A DNA stretch of 31,072 nucleotides, from contig JBILPP010000001.1 in assembly GCA_044373765.1 (NCBI GenBank), forward strand, positions 1-31,072. Reading direction: 5' to 3'. Position 1 is the stretch's first letter. Each line of letters starts with the position of its first letter. This document shows, one piece after another, positions 1 through 9,101 of the stretch. This DNA is from Bacteroidia bacterium (GTDB lineage Bacteria > Bacteroidota > Bacteroidia > UKL13-3). A program made the position numbers and the translations under genes. Under the pieces are notes generated by a model. That model was not told the DNA's origin. It saw only the letters and a program-made list of their open reading frames with translations, and searched no databases.

Positions 1-2
1 AC

Positions 3-1079
3 ATGAGTACAATTGGCACACAATACGGAAAATACAACGGAGGTGGATTTTATAACATTGGTATTTTTGGATCGAAAAAAGTAAGTAACCTAATCACTTT
101 TGCGATTGAACCCACTTATTCATTATCAGGATTCAAAGAAAAACAAAATGACAGCCGCTATACACTTCAACACCTAGACCTAAACTTAAACACCTACTTT
201 TCAATATTTGGTGATGATGCCTTGAGATTATATCTTGGTGTACGTCCTGGTTATTTATTAGGCTTTAGAAGCGAGACAATTAATGACGGAAATTACGTAA
301 AACAGGATGCCCTAAATAATTCAAACAAAAGCGGCCAAATTGATTTTGGAATAAATGCGGGATTTTCGGTACAATTATCACCAGTGGTTAATTTCGAACT
401 TGGATACCTTTATAGTGCCACCAATTATAATGACAACACGAATATACAAGGACGAACATCAACCATTGAAATGACGTTAAAATTAAATGCAGTTGATTTG
501 AAAAGACTCATAGACAATAAAGAGATCACCTTAAAAGAACAAATTCAGAGATATCAAAAAGGAATTTTATTTGTTATGCTTCCCACATTATCAGAAAAAG
601 ATTTGGCGCGTCTATTAGATGAAGGAGATCGTAACTATACCATAAACGAACTTAGGGTGCGTAATCTAAAAGTAGTATCAGAATTTATCCGTAATTATTC
701 ATTCACTCCAGTATACTTTTTTGCAGATAGCAATATAAACCAAATCGTATCGGGCAACTATTCATCTATTCTATTAAACAATAACCTTGAAGTCGACACC
801 ACAATTAAAGTTCCTCAAGTAACAACTTTTTTGGTTGCTAGTTTTTGTAACGACCTTTATAACTATAGTGACCGAATTAGCTATGGATTATTCATATATG
901 ATAACAAGATGAATCAAATGGGAAAACCATATACAATACCGGGCCAAATGTTTGGGTTGTATACCGATGGTGACCCTCAAAACTACTTCAAAACCAAAAG
1001 AATCAACTACACCAATATGCCGTTTGATAGAATGATACGTAAGTTCAATAGCCGTATGATTAGATATGCAGAGTTTTAA
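3..1079 (+). CDS. Outer-membrane beta-barrel (porin-family/PorT-like) protein with an extra C-terminal soluble domain; probably 5'-truncated by the window edge
   Basis: The first ~160 aa show alternating hydrophobic/aromatic amphipathic strands (LDLNLNTYF, LRLYLGVRPGYLLG, DFGINAGFSVQL, VNFELGYLYS). A helical linker and ~190 aa of alpha/beta sequence follow. No signal peptide at the first ATG, and the frame is open to the window edge. Confidence 0.55.
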   Translation: MSTIGTQYGKYNGGGFYNIGIFGSKKVSNLITFAIEPTYSLSGFKEKQNDSRYTLQHLDLNLNTYFSIFGDDALRLYLGVRPGYLLGFRSETINDGNYVKQDALNNSNKSGQIDFGINAGFSVQLSPVVNFELGYLYSATNYNDNTNIQGRTSTIEMTLKLNAVDLKRLIDNKEITLKEQIQRYQKGILFVMLPTLSEKDLARLLDEGDRNYTINELRVRNLKVVSEFIRNYSFTPVYFFADSNINQIVSGNYSSILLNNNLEVDTTIKVPQVTTFLVASFCNDLYNYSDRISYGLFIYDNKMNQMGKPYTIPGQMFGLYTDGDPQNYFKTKRINYTNMPFDRMIRKFNSRMIRYAEF

Positions 1080-1649
1080 TTAAATTTCATCGAGGGCATC
1101 TGCAATACCTTCTAACTCGTTGTACCAACTTACTCCATAAGCCCGAATAAGTGGCACCTTTAAAAACTTATAGATTGGCATTTGGTGTTTTTCACCTAAC
1201 GCGCAAGCTGGTTTACAGATATCCCATTTGTTATAATTTAACGCATCATAATCCCCAACTCTGTTAATCCTAATGGGGTATAAATGACACGAAATAGGCT
1301 TTTGAAACTCAATTTCACCTGCTTTCCAAGCCTTCTCGATACCACATGACAAAATACCGTCTGTTCTTACCGCAAAAACACATTCACCTGTTGGTAAGCA
1401 AGTAGTTACTAAATCACCATCTTTATCTAGCTCACTTATACCTATTGATTTTATAACAGATATACCTTCATCAGATAAAAAAGGTGTAATTAAAGGTAAA
1501 TAATTATTAATGGTATTAATTTCAGACTCACTAACGGGCGCACCAAAATCGCCTTCAACACAACAAGCTCCCTTACATGAATTTAAATCACAAATAAAAT
1601 GTTTTTCAAAAACATCTTCAGAAATAAGGGTATTTTCATGTATGATCAT
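1080..1649 (-). CDS. DUF3109 family Cys-rich protein
   Basis: Motifs FICDLNSCKGACCVEGDFGAP, CVF, CGIEKAW, KPISCHLYPIR and WDICKPACALG are characteristic of DUF3109. Confidence 0.85.
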   Translation of the reverse strand: MIIHENTLISEDVFEKHFICDLNSCKGACCVEGDFGAPVSESEINTINNYLPLITPFLSDEGISVIKSIGISELDKDGDLVTTCLPTGECVFAVRTDGILSCGIEKAWKAGEIEFQKPISCHLYPIRINRVGDYDALNYNKWDICKPACALGEKHQMPIYKFLKVPLIRAYGVSWYNELEGIADALDEI

Positions 1650-1662
1650 AAAGTATATAAAT

Positions 1663-1694
1663 AAAAAAACGGCTAAGTATTACTTAGCCGTTTT
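1663..1694 (-). terminator. Intrinsic terminator of the alpha operon, after rplQ
   Basis: Inverted repeat aaaacggctaagta (1666-1679) / tacttagccgtttt (1681-1694). The A7 run at 1663-1669 gives a U-tract on the minus strand. Confidence 0.85.
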
Positions 1695-1713
1695 AGATAT
1701 TGTTAGTATAATA

Positions 1714-2193
1714 CTAATTTTCTTCAGTTGAAGGAGTTTCAGTAGATTCTACAACTGGTTTTGCAGCTGGCTTACGACCCCTACGGGTAGTTTTCTTAGC
1801 AGTAGACTTATTTGCTTGTTCAGCAAGCATAGCCTCATTAAAATCAACCAATTCAATGATACTCATTTCAGCGTTATCACCTTTACGGTTAGCAAGTTTT
1901 AAAATCCTTGTATATCCACCTGGACGCTCGCCTACCTTTGGTGCAACAGCAGCAAAAAGTTCTTTTACAACTTCTTTACTTTTTAAGTAACTAAAGATAG
2001 TTCTACGAGAATGTGTATTATCTTCTTTAGATTTACTGATGATTGGCTCAACGTATTTTCTCAATTCTTTGGCTTTAGCCAAAGTGGTTGAAATACGTTT
2101 ATGTAATATTAACGAGCCTGCCATGTTAGAAAGCATTGACTTACGATGTGAAGCTGTTCTTCCTAAGTGATTAAATGTTTTACCGTGTCTCAT
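1714..2193 (-). CDS. rplQ: 50S ribosomal protein L17
   Basis: [21 protein letters not shown]...[10 protein letters not shown], plus a Lys/Glu-rich tail. Confidence 0.98.
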   Translation of the reverse strand: MRHGKTFNHLGRTASHRKSMLSNMAGSLILHKRISTTLAKAKELRKYVEPIISKSKEDNTHSRRTIFSYLKSKEVVKELFAAVAPKVGERPGGYTRILKLANRKGDNAEMSIIELVDFNEAMLAEQANKSTAKKTTRRGRKPAAKPVVESTETPSTEEN

Positions 2194-2248
2194 CTCTTTT
2201 ATAATTTGTCATAAACCCAAACAAGGTTTATGGTCTATCATCTAATTA

Positions 2249-3241
2249 TTATTCTTCGTTACCCAAATATTTAGCTACATCCATACCGAATACTAGACCT
2301 TTTTCTCTAGCTAACTCCTCTAGTTCTGAAAGAGATTTTTTACCAAAGTTACGGAACTTCAACAAATCACCAATCTCGTAACTAACTAAATCACCTAAGG
2401 TTTTAATATCAGCTGCCTTTAAGCAATTGTATGCACGAACAGATAAATCTAGGTCTGATAAAGGCGTTTTTAATATTTTACGAATATGTAAAACATTCTC
2501 ATCAACTTCTTGAGGCACTTCCTTTACCTGAGTATCCATTGTTATCAACTCATCCGAGAACAACATAAAATGTTGAATAAGGATTTTAGCAGCTTCTTTC
2601 AATGCATCTTCTGGATGAATAGAACCATCTGTCGCTATCTCGATTAGTAACTTTTCATAATCGGTCTTTTGTTCAACACGAAAATCTTCTACACTATACT
2701 TTACATTTTTGATAGGAGTAAAAATAGCATCCATTGGAATTAAACCAATAGGAGCATCTTTCGGCTTATTTTCCTCTGCAGGAACATAACCTCTACCTTT
2801 ATCAACAGTAATTTCAAGTTCTAAGTGAACAGAAGGGTCCATGTGACAAATAACCAAATCAGGGTTAAGAACCTTAAATGTATTGGTATGTTTACCAATT
2901 TCACCTGCATTAAAAGCTTCTTGTCCCTTAATATTAATGAATATTTTTTCGTTATCAACCCCATCTATAATACGCTTAAAACGAACTTGCTTTAAGTTTA
3001 ATACGATTTCAACAACATCTTGAATAACTCCTTTTAATGTAGAGAACTCATGATCAACACCAGTAATTTTTACGGATGTTATTGCAAAACCTTCTAAAGA
3101 TGAAAGTAGAATTCTCCTCAGAGCATTACCGATGGTAACACCATATCCTTTTTCTAACGGACGGAATTCAAACTGACCAAAAAAGTCAGTCTCTTTATGC
3201 ATAATAACTTTATCCGGTTTTTGAAAAGCGAGAATGGCCAT
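2249..3241 (-). CDS. rpoA: RNA polymerase subunit alpha
   Basis: [32 protein letters not shown], and alpha-[13 protein letters not shown]. Confidence 0.98.
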   Translation of the reverse strand: MAILAFQKPDKVIMHKETDFFGQFEFRPLEKGYGVTIGNALRRILLSSLEGFAITSVKITGVDHEFSTLKGVIQDVVEIVLNLKQVRFKRIIDGVDNEKIFINIKGQEAFNAGEIGKHTNTFKVLNPDLVICHMDPSVHLELEITVDKGRGYVPAEENKPKDAPIGLIPMDAIFTPIKNVKYSVEDFRVEQKTDYEKLLIEIATDGSIHPEDALKEAAKILIQHFMLFSDELITMDTQVKEVPQEVDENVLHIRKILKTPLSDLDLSVRAYNCLKAADIKTLGDLVSYEIGDLLKFRNFGKKSLSELEELAREKGLVFGMDVAKYLGNEE

Positions 3242-3257
3242 TTTGTATTATTAATTA

Positions 3258-3866
3258 TTATTTTGAGTACAATTCAACGATTAACTGTTCCTTGATGTTT
3301 TCAGGAATTTGATCTCTTTCAGGCATAGCTAAAAAAGTACCTTTCATTGCCTTACCATCCCAGTTAACCCAATTAAATTTAGCAGCATTACCATGAGCTA
3401 AAGAGTCAGCTATTACTTCTAAAGTTTTTGATTTCTCACGAACCTCAATCACATCACCTGGGCGAAGTGTGTAAGAAGGAATATTAACTACATTACCATT
3501 CACCGTAATATGACAATGGCTAACTAACTGACGAGCAGCAGAACGTGTTTTTGCAATACCTAAACGGTATACTGTGTTATCTAAACGAGCCTCAAGATAC
3601 TTTAACAAATTTTCACCTGTTATACCCTTTTTACGCGCAGCAGTTTCAAATGTTTTATAGAACTGACGCTCTAAAACACCATAAGTATACTTTGCTTTTT
3701 GTTTTTCAAACAACTGAATAGCATACTCAGTTAGTTTAGCTCTCTTACGAGATTGACCGTGCTGACCCGGAGGTGTACCCCTCTTTTCGAAATTTTTATC
3801 CGGTCCGTAAATTGCCTCTTTAAATCTGCGGGCAATCTTGGTTTTTGGTCCAATATATCTAGCCAT
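3258..3866 (-). CDS. rpsD: 30S ribosomal protein S4
   Basis: [40 protein letters not shown]. Confidence 0.98.
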   Translation of the reverse strand: MARYIGPKTKIARRFKEAIYGPDKNFEKRGTPPGQHGQSRKRAKLTEYAIQLFEKQKAKYTYGVLERQFYKTFETAARKKGITGENLLKYLEARLDNTVYRLGIAKTRSAARQLVSHCHITVNGNVVNIPSYTLRPGDVIEVREKSKTLEVIADSLAHGNAAKFNWVNWDGKAMKGTFLAMPERDQIPENIKEQLIVELYSK

Positions 3867-3894
3867 TTTTCTTTTTTCTTAAACGTAACAATAA

Positions 3895-4287
3895 TTACAC
3901 TCTTCTCTTTTTGGGAGGGCGACAGCCGTTATGAGGCATAGGGGTAATATCACGTATTGATAATACATCCAAACCTGATGCTTGCAAAGTACGAATAGCA
4001 GACTCGCGTCCAGATCCTGGTCCTTTAACAAACACCTCAACCTTTTTCATTCCGGCATCAACAGCAACCTTAGCGCAATCTTGAGCGGCCATCTGTGCTG
4101 CATATGGCGTGTTCTTTTTAGAACCACGGAATCCCATTTTACCAGCAGAAGCCCAAGATACTACCTGACCTGTAGAGTTGGTAATGGAGATAATAATATT
4201 GTTAAAGGTAGCCTTAATGTGCGCTTGACCATTCGTGTCAATCGCTACTACTCTTTTTTTGCTTACTTTTTTATTATTTGTAGCCAT
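3895..4287 (-). CDS. rpsK: 30S ribosomal protein S11
   Basis: [41 protein letters not shown]. Confidence 0.98.
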   Translation of the reverse strand: MATNNKKVSKKRVVAIDTNGQAHIKATFNNIIISITNSTGQVVSWASAGKMGFRGSKKNTPYAAQMAAQDCAKVAVDAGMKKVEVFVKGPGSGRESAIRTLQASGLDVLSIRDITPMPHNGCRPPKKRRV

Positions 4288-4309
4288 TGTTAATGTTATT
4301 ATTTACCTC

Positions 4310-4687
4310 TTACTTGGTTACTTTTTTCTTACCCGCAACTGTTTTGCGCTTACCTTTTCTGGTACGAGCGTTAGTACGGGTACGTTGACCACGCAAAGGT
4401 AAACCCTTACGATGACGCAAACCACGATAGCAACCAATGTCCATCAAACGCTTGATGTTCAATTGTTTCTCTGAGCGCAGTTCACCCTCAACAGTTAAAC
4501 CTTCGGTTATGAATTTACGAATTTTGGTTAACTCATCGTCATTCCATTCGCTAACCTTTTTACTTAAATCAATTCCGCACTCAGACAAAATGTGCTGAGC
4601 GGTTGATCTTCCGATGCCATAAATGTAGGTAAGTCCAATCTCACCCCTTTTGTTTTTAGGCAAATCTATACCTGATATACGAGCCAT
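4310..4687 (-). CDS. rpsM: 30S ribosomal protein S13
   Basis: [42 protein letters not shown]. Confidence 0.98.
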   Translation of the reverse strand: MARISGIDLPKNKRGEIGLTYIYGIGRSTAQHILSECGIDLSKKVSEWNDDELTKIRKFITEGLTVEGELRSEKQLNIKRLMDIGCYRGLRHRKGLPLRGQRTRTNARTRKGKRKTVAGKKKVTK

Positions 4688-4696
4688 AGTTCTTAT

Positions 4697-4813
4697 TTAT
4701 CCTTGACGTTGTTTAAACTTTGGATTCTTTTTGTTAATCACGTAGATTCTTCCCTTACGCTTAACTAAAACACAGTCTTCACTGCGTTTTTTAACAGATG
4801 TTCTAACTTTCAT
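4697..4813 (-). CDS. rpmJ: 50S ribosomal protein L36 (38 aa, non-zinc type); not in the ORF track
   Basis: Hand translation gives [38 protein letters not shown]. It sits at the expected position between infA and rpsM. Confidence 0.95.
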   Translation of the reverse strand: MKVRTSVKKRSEDCVLVKRKGRIYVINKKNPKFKQRQG

Positions 4814-4820
4814 CTTTCGT

Positions 4821-5039
4821 TTACTTATATCTGTAAATAATTCTACCTTTTGATAAATCATACGGTGACATTTCCACCGAAATTTTATCTCCTGGTAATA
4901 TTTTTATGTAGTGCATCCTCATTTTTCCCGAGATGTGGGCAATGATCTCATGACCATTTTCAAGGCGCACTCTAAACATTGCGTTACTCAATGCTTCCGT
5001 TATTACTCCGTCCTGTTTTATCAGTGACTGTTTTGACAT
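4821..5039 (-). CDS. infA: Translation initiation factor IF-1
   Basis: [37 protein letters not shown]. Confidence 0.98.
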   Translation of the reverse strand: MSKQSLIKQDGVITEALSNAMFRVRLENGHEIIAHISGKMRMHYIKILPGDKISVEMSPYDLSKGRIIYRYK

Positions 5040-5059
5040 ACTTGCTTTTATAAGGGCTG

Positions 5060-5090
5060 CAAAAATAGCAGTTAGTTTTTAAATTGCCAA
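5060..5090 (-). promoter_or_regulatory. Bacteroidota primary-sigma promoter candidate upstream of infA
   Basis: Minus strand reads TTG (5090-5088), a 20-nt spacer, then TATTTTTG (5067-5060), matching the -33 TTTG/TTG and -7 TAnnTTTG consensus. Confidence 0.7.
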
Positions 5091-5099
5091 TTTTTATTT

Positions 5100-6455
5100 T
5101 TAAGCTGCACCTACTGCACTACGTCCTTTCATCTTCCCTGTCTTCATCAAGCCGTCATAATGTCTCATCAATAAATGACTTTCAATCTGCTGTAAGGTAT
5201 CTAAAACAACACCAACTAAAATCAATAATGAAGTACCACCATAAAACTGCGCAAATTGACTATTGATATTTAAAACACCTGCTAATGAAGGCATTATAGC
5301 TACCGCGGCCAAGAAAATAGAACCGGGCAAAGTGATACGAGACATGATATTATCAATGAAACTAGCAGTTGCTTGACCTGGTTTTACACCTGGAACAAAA
5401 CCACCATTTCGCTTTAACTCATCAGAAATTTGAGTAGAATTTACCGATATTGCAGTATAAAAATAAGTAAACAAAATTATAAGTACCGCAAAAGTTAAGT
5501 TGTAAGCGAATGATGTTGGATCCACCAAAGCCATTATTCCACGCATACTTTCGTAATCAGGGAAAAATTGAGCTACAGTAGAAGGTATAAACATTAAAGC
5601 TTGGGCAAAAATAATTGGCATAACACCTGCAGTATTTACTTTTAATGGCAAATATTGACGTACACCACCTGTTTGACGGCTTCCAACAATACGTTTAGCA
5701 TATTGAACAGGAATCTTTCGCGTTCCTTGAACCAACATGATTACACCCATAATAATGGCAAACAATGCGGCTAATTCTACTAAAAATATAACTAGTCCCC
5801 CACCTGATTCAGTGAATTTGAATACAAATTCATCCTTAATAGCGAATGGTAGTCGAGCAATGATTCCAATCATGATGATTAAAGAAACACCATTACCGAT
5901 TCCTTTGTCAGTAATTCGTTCTCCCAACCAAAGTACAAACATTGTACTAGCGGTTAACACAACAACTGAAGTAAGCATAAACATGAAATCAGATACACCA
6001 CTACCTTCCATTGTGGAAATAATAGCGCCTGGATTTTCAGATTTTAAATTTACAAGAAAACCTATTGATTGAACTGCAGTAATAGCTATAGTTAAATAGC
6101 GGGTAATTTGGTTGATCTTCCTTCGTCCATCTTCACCTTCTTTTTGCATTTTCTGGAAAGTAGGAACAGCCATTGTTAACAACTGTACTACGATTGATGC
6201 AGAAATGTACGGCATGATACCTAGCGCAAAGATTGATCCCCTTGCGAAAGCACCGCCAGCAAACATATTGATCAAACCAAAAATACCATCTGCGGCTTGG
6301 TTTTTCGAGCCTTCTAACATATTAGGATCAACACCGGGTAAGGTTACATATGTACCTACACGATAAATAACTAACATCCAAAAGGTAAACGCAAGTTTGA
6401 AGCGTAAATCTTCAATGCGATAAATATTTTTGATGGTTTCGATCAGTTTCTTCAT
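5100..6455 (-). CDS. secY: Preprotein translocase subunit SecY
   Basis: SIFALGIMPYISASI, LWLGERITDKGIGNGVSLII, FVPGVKPG, GGTSLLILVGV; about ten hydrophobic segments. Confidence 0.98.
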   Translation of the reverse strand: MKKLIETIKNIYRIEDLRFKLAFTFWMLVIYRVGTYVTLPGVDPNMLEGSKNQAADGIFGLINMFAGGAFARGSIFALGIMPYISASIVVQLLTMAVPTFQKMQKEGEDGRRKINQITRYLTIAITAVQSIGFLVNLKSENPGAIISTMEGSGVSDFMFMLTSVVVLTASTMFVLWLGERITDKGIGNGVSLIIMIGIIARLPFAIKDEFVFKFTESGGGLVIFLVELAALFAIIMGVIMLVQGTRKIPVQYAKRIVGSRQTGGVRQYLPLKVNTAGVMPIIFAQALMFIPSTVAQFFPDYESMRGIMALVDPTSFAYNLTFAVLIILFTYFYTAISVNSTQISDELKRNGGFVPGVKPGQATASFIDNIMSRITLPGSIFLAAVAIMPSLAGVLNINSQFAQFYGGTSLLILVGVVLDTLQQIESHLLMRHYDGLMKTGKMKGRSAVGAA

Positions 6456-6458
6456 TGG

Positions 6459-6908
6459 TTAGATTGTTTCTGCTTTACCACCTGCAGCCTCTATCGCTTT
6501 AATAGCCGATTCTGAGAATGCATGTGCTTTAACCTGAATAGCTGATGTTAACTCGCCACGACCCAACACCTTAATAACACCTTTTTTAGAAACAAAACCG
6601 TTATCTAAAAAAGTTTGGAAATCAATAGTGGTTAGACCTTTTTCTTCAGCAAGTTTTTGTAAACGATCTAAGTTTACAGGAACAAACTCTATACGGTTTA
6701 AATTTTTAAAACCAAACTTCGGTACACGTCTGTAAAGAGGCATTTGACCACCCTCGAAACCACGCTTTGTAGAGGTACCCGAACGAGAACCAGCACCTTT
6801 GTGTCCACGTGTAGATGTTCCGCCTTTTCCAGAACCCTCACCGCGACCAATACGCTTGCCTTGTTTATGTGTTGCGCCTTTTGCAGGCCTTAATGTATGT
6901 AATTTCAT
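6459..6908 (-). CDS. rplO: 50S ribosomal protein L15
   Basis: GRGEGSGKGGTSTRGHKG, GFEGGQMPLYRRVPKFGF. Confidence 0.98.
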   Translation of the reverse strand: MKLHTLRPAKGATHKQGKRIGRGEGSGKGGTSTRGHKGAGSRSGTSTKRGFEGGQMPLYRRVPKFGFKNLNRIEFVPVNLDRLQKLAEEKGLTTIDFQTFLDNGFVSKKGVIKVLGRGELTSAIQVKAHAFSESAIKAIEAAGGKAETI

Positions 6909-6925
6909 TGTTGTAGACTGGCTAA

Positions 6926-7105
6926 TTAAATGTTTTCAATTTTAAGCAAGTGAGCAACTTTTTTTATCATTCCCATGATTTGCGGTGTTGCCTCTTTTTC
7001 AACTGTTTGATTTAATTTGGTAATACCCAATGCTCTTACAGTTCTTTTTTGCCCCTCAACTCTGTCGATGGTACTTTTTACTAGTGTAATTTTTACTTTA
7101 GACAT
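6926..7105 (-). CDS. rpmD: 50S ribosomal protein L30 (start moved to MSKVKITL)
   Basis: KITLVKSTIDR...TVRALGITKLNQTVE. The ORF-track start at 7117 overlaps the rpsE end; the ATG at 7105 fits better. Confidence 0.95.
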   Translation of the reverse strand: MSKVKITLVKSTIDRVEGQKRTVRALGITKLNQTVEKEATPQIMGMIKKVAHLLKIENI

Positions 7106-7109
7106 TGTA

Positions 7110-7628
7110 TTAACCATTAAAAACTTTCTTTAAACTAATACCTCTTGTTTGAGCAATGGTAAATGCATCACGCATTTTCAATAATGCATCAATCGTTGCT
7201 TTAACCACGTTGTGTGGATTAGACGACCCTTTTGATTTAGCTAATACATCGGTAATTCCTGCACTTTCCAACACAGCACGCATAGCACCACCGGCAATTA
7301 CACCAGTACCATGTGAAGCAGGTTGTAGATATACACGTCCACCACCATATTTACCAAGTTGATCATGAGGCACAGTACCTTTTAAAACAGGCACCTTCAC
7401 CAAATTTTTCTTAGCATCATCAATACCTTTGGAAATAGCATCGGTCACCTCGTTAGCTTTACCTAAACCGTAACCAACTACACCATTACCATCGCCCACT
7501 ACAATTAGGGCTGAAAAGCTAAAAGTACGTCCACCTTTTGTTACTTTCGCAACACGATTGATAGACACAACCTTTTCTTTTAATTCTATATCACTAGATT
7601 TTACTCTTTTTACGTTTGCTGTTGACAT
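7110..7628 (-). CDS. rpsE: 30S ribosomal protein S5
   Basis: [35 protein letters not shown]. Confidence 0.98.
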   Translation of the reverse strand: MSTANVKRVKSSDIELKEKVVSINRVAKVTKGGRTFSFSALIVVGDGNGVVGYGLGKANEVTDAISKGIDDAKKNLVKVPVLKGTVPHDQLGKYGGGRVYLQPASHGTGVIAGGAMRAVLESAGITDVLAKSKGSSNPHNVVKATIDALLKMRDAFTIAQTRGISLKKVFNG

Positions 7629-7647
7629 AACTTTTGATAGGTTATAA

Positions 7648-8001
7648 TTAGAATTTTATACCACCTTCTCTTGCACTTTCGGCTAAGCTTTTAACTCTGC
7701 CATGGTACAAGTAACCATTACGATCAAAAACTACAGTTGTTACTCCAGCTGAAGCAGCTTTTTCTGCTATAGCTTTACCAACTAGTGCCGATTGCTCAAT
7801 TTTGGTCATTTTGTCTTTAACTGATTTTGATGAAGCTGAGGCTAAAGTTTTACCATGCACATCATCGATAATTTGCACGTAAATATCTTTATTACTTCTA
7901 AATACCGATAAGCGTGGTTTTTCAGGAGTACCAAAAACACGGCTGCGTATTCCTTTTTTAATTTTAAGTCTTCTTTCAACTTTTTTTCTAAGTACTGACA
8001 T
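7648..8001 (-). CDS. rplR: 50S ribosomal protein L18
   Basis: [35 protein letters not shown]. Confidence 0.98.
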   Translation of the reverse strand: MSVLRKKVERRLKIKKGIRSRVFGTPEKPRLSVFRSNKDIYVQIIDDVHGKTLASASSKSVKDKMTKIEQSALVGKAIAEKAASAGVTTVVFDRNGYLYHGRVKSLAESAREGGIKF

Positions 8002-8013
8002 AGCTTTATCTTA

Positions 8014-8568
8014 TTATTTAGATGCCGTTTTACCAGCTTTTCTTCTTAGTTGTTCACCAACAAATTTAATACCTTTACCTTTGTATGGCTCAGGTTTGCG
8101 TAGGCTGCGTAATTTAGCAGCAACCTGCCCGATAAGTTGTTTATCAGAGCCTTCAAGGGTAATAATCGGATTTTTACCTTTCTCTGTTTCAGTCTTAACT
8201 TTTAATTCCATAGGAACCTGAAAGTAAATATGATGTGAGAAACCTAAGGTAAGATCAAGAATATTTCCATCATTAGTAGCTTTGTAACCTACACCTACTA
8301 ATTCTTGTTTAACAGTATATCCTTCTGTAACACCAAAAACCATGTTATTAATTAATGCGCGGTATAAACCATGCATTGCACGATGTCTTTTTTGTTCAGT
8401 AGGACGTGTTACTACTAATACGCCATTTTCAATTGTTATACTCAACTCAGGGTCTACTTGCTGAGTCAATGTTCCTTTAGGACCTTTAACAGTAACTAAG
8501 TTACCATTTGATATATTAATATCAACTCCCGCAGGTAATGTAATCGGTGCTTTTCCAATACGTGACAT
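8014..8568 (-). CDS. rplF: 50S ribosomal protein L6
   Basis: MSRIGKAPI, VKGPKGTL, RKPEPYKGKGI. Confidence 0.98.
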   Translation of the reverse strand: MSRIGKAPITLPAGVDINISNGNLVTVKGPKGTLTQQVDPELSITIENGVLVVTRPTEQKRHRAMHGLYRALINNMVFGVTEGYTVKQELVGVGYKATNDGNILDLTLGFSHHIYFQVPMELKVKTETEKGKNPIITLEGSDKQLIGQVAAKLRSLRKPEPYKGKGIKFVGEQLRRKAGKTASK

Positions 8569-8574
8569 TTTACT

Positions 8575-8583
8575 ACCTCCTTA
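8575..8583 (-). promoter_or_regulatory. Perfect Shine-Dalgarno sequence (UAAGGAGGU) 6 nt upstream of the rplF AUG
   Basis: Minus strand reads taa(rpsH stop)-tca-TAAGGAGGT-agtaaa-ATG. Confidence 0.8.
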
Positions 8584-8586
8584 TGA

Positions 8587-8985
8587 TTAATAAACGTAAC
8601 ATAATACCTCACCACCAACATTGTTAGCGCGAGCCTCTTTATCGGTCATTACACCTTTCGAGGTAGTTAAAATTGCAATACCTAATCCGTTAATTACACG
8701 GGGTATATTTGTTGTGCCAGCATATTGACGTAAACCTGGAGTACTGATACGCTCAAGTTTTCTGATAGCTGGGGATTTGGTAACCGGGTGATACTTCAAA
8801 GCAATTTTGATTGTACCTTGGTGAGTAGTTGAATCTTCGAACTTGTAATTAAGGATGTAACCTTTGTCGAAGAGTACTTTTGTCATTTCTTTCTTCAAAC
8901 GAGAAGAAGGAATCTCAACAATGCGATGGTTTGCCTTGATCGCATTGCGTAACCTAGTCAAGTAATCTGCAATTGGATCTGTCAT
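8587..8985 (-). CDS. rpsH: 30S ribosomal protein S8
   Basis: MTDPIADYLTRLRNA, RISTPGLRQY, ILTTSKGVMTDKEAR, GGEVLCYVY. Confidence 0.98.
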   Translation of the reverse strand: MTDPIADYLTRLRNAIKANHRIVEIPSSRLKKEMTKVLFDKGYILNYKFEDSTTHQGTIKIALKYHPVTKSPAIRKLERISTPGLRQYAGTTNIPRVINGLGIAILTTSKGVMTDKEARANNVGGEVLCYVY

Positions 8986-9069
8986 AATTTTTGTTTTTCT
9001 AGCCGATAGTTAGCCAAGGCTTTTACTCTTATCGGCTTAGTTTATGTTATTTTATAGTTAAATGAGGCG

Positions 9070-9101
9070 CGAAAATAGAGGAATATTTTAAAACTCCTAA
9101 A
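9070..9101 (-). promoter_or_regulatory. Internal promoter candidate upstream of rpsH
   Basis: TTTA (9101-9098), a 20-nt spacer, then TATTTTCG (9077-9070). Both elements are one mismatch from consensus. Confidence 0.45.

Noticed and set aside
1714-1830. Charged C-terminal tails on L17 and S12
   Set aside because: Common in Bacteroidota ribosomal proteins, with no special repeat structure.
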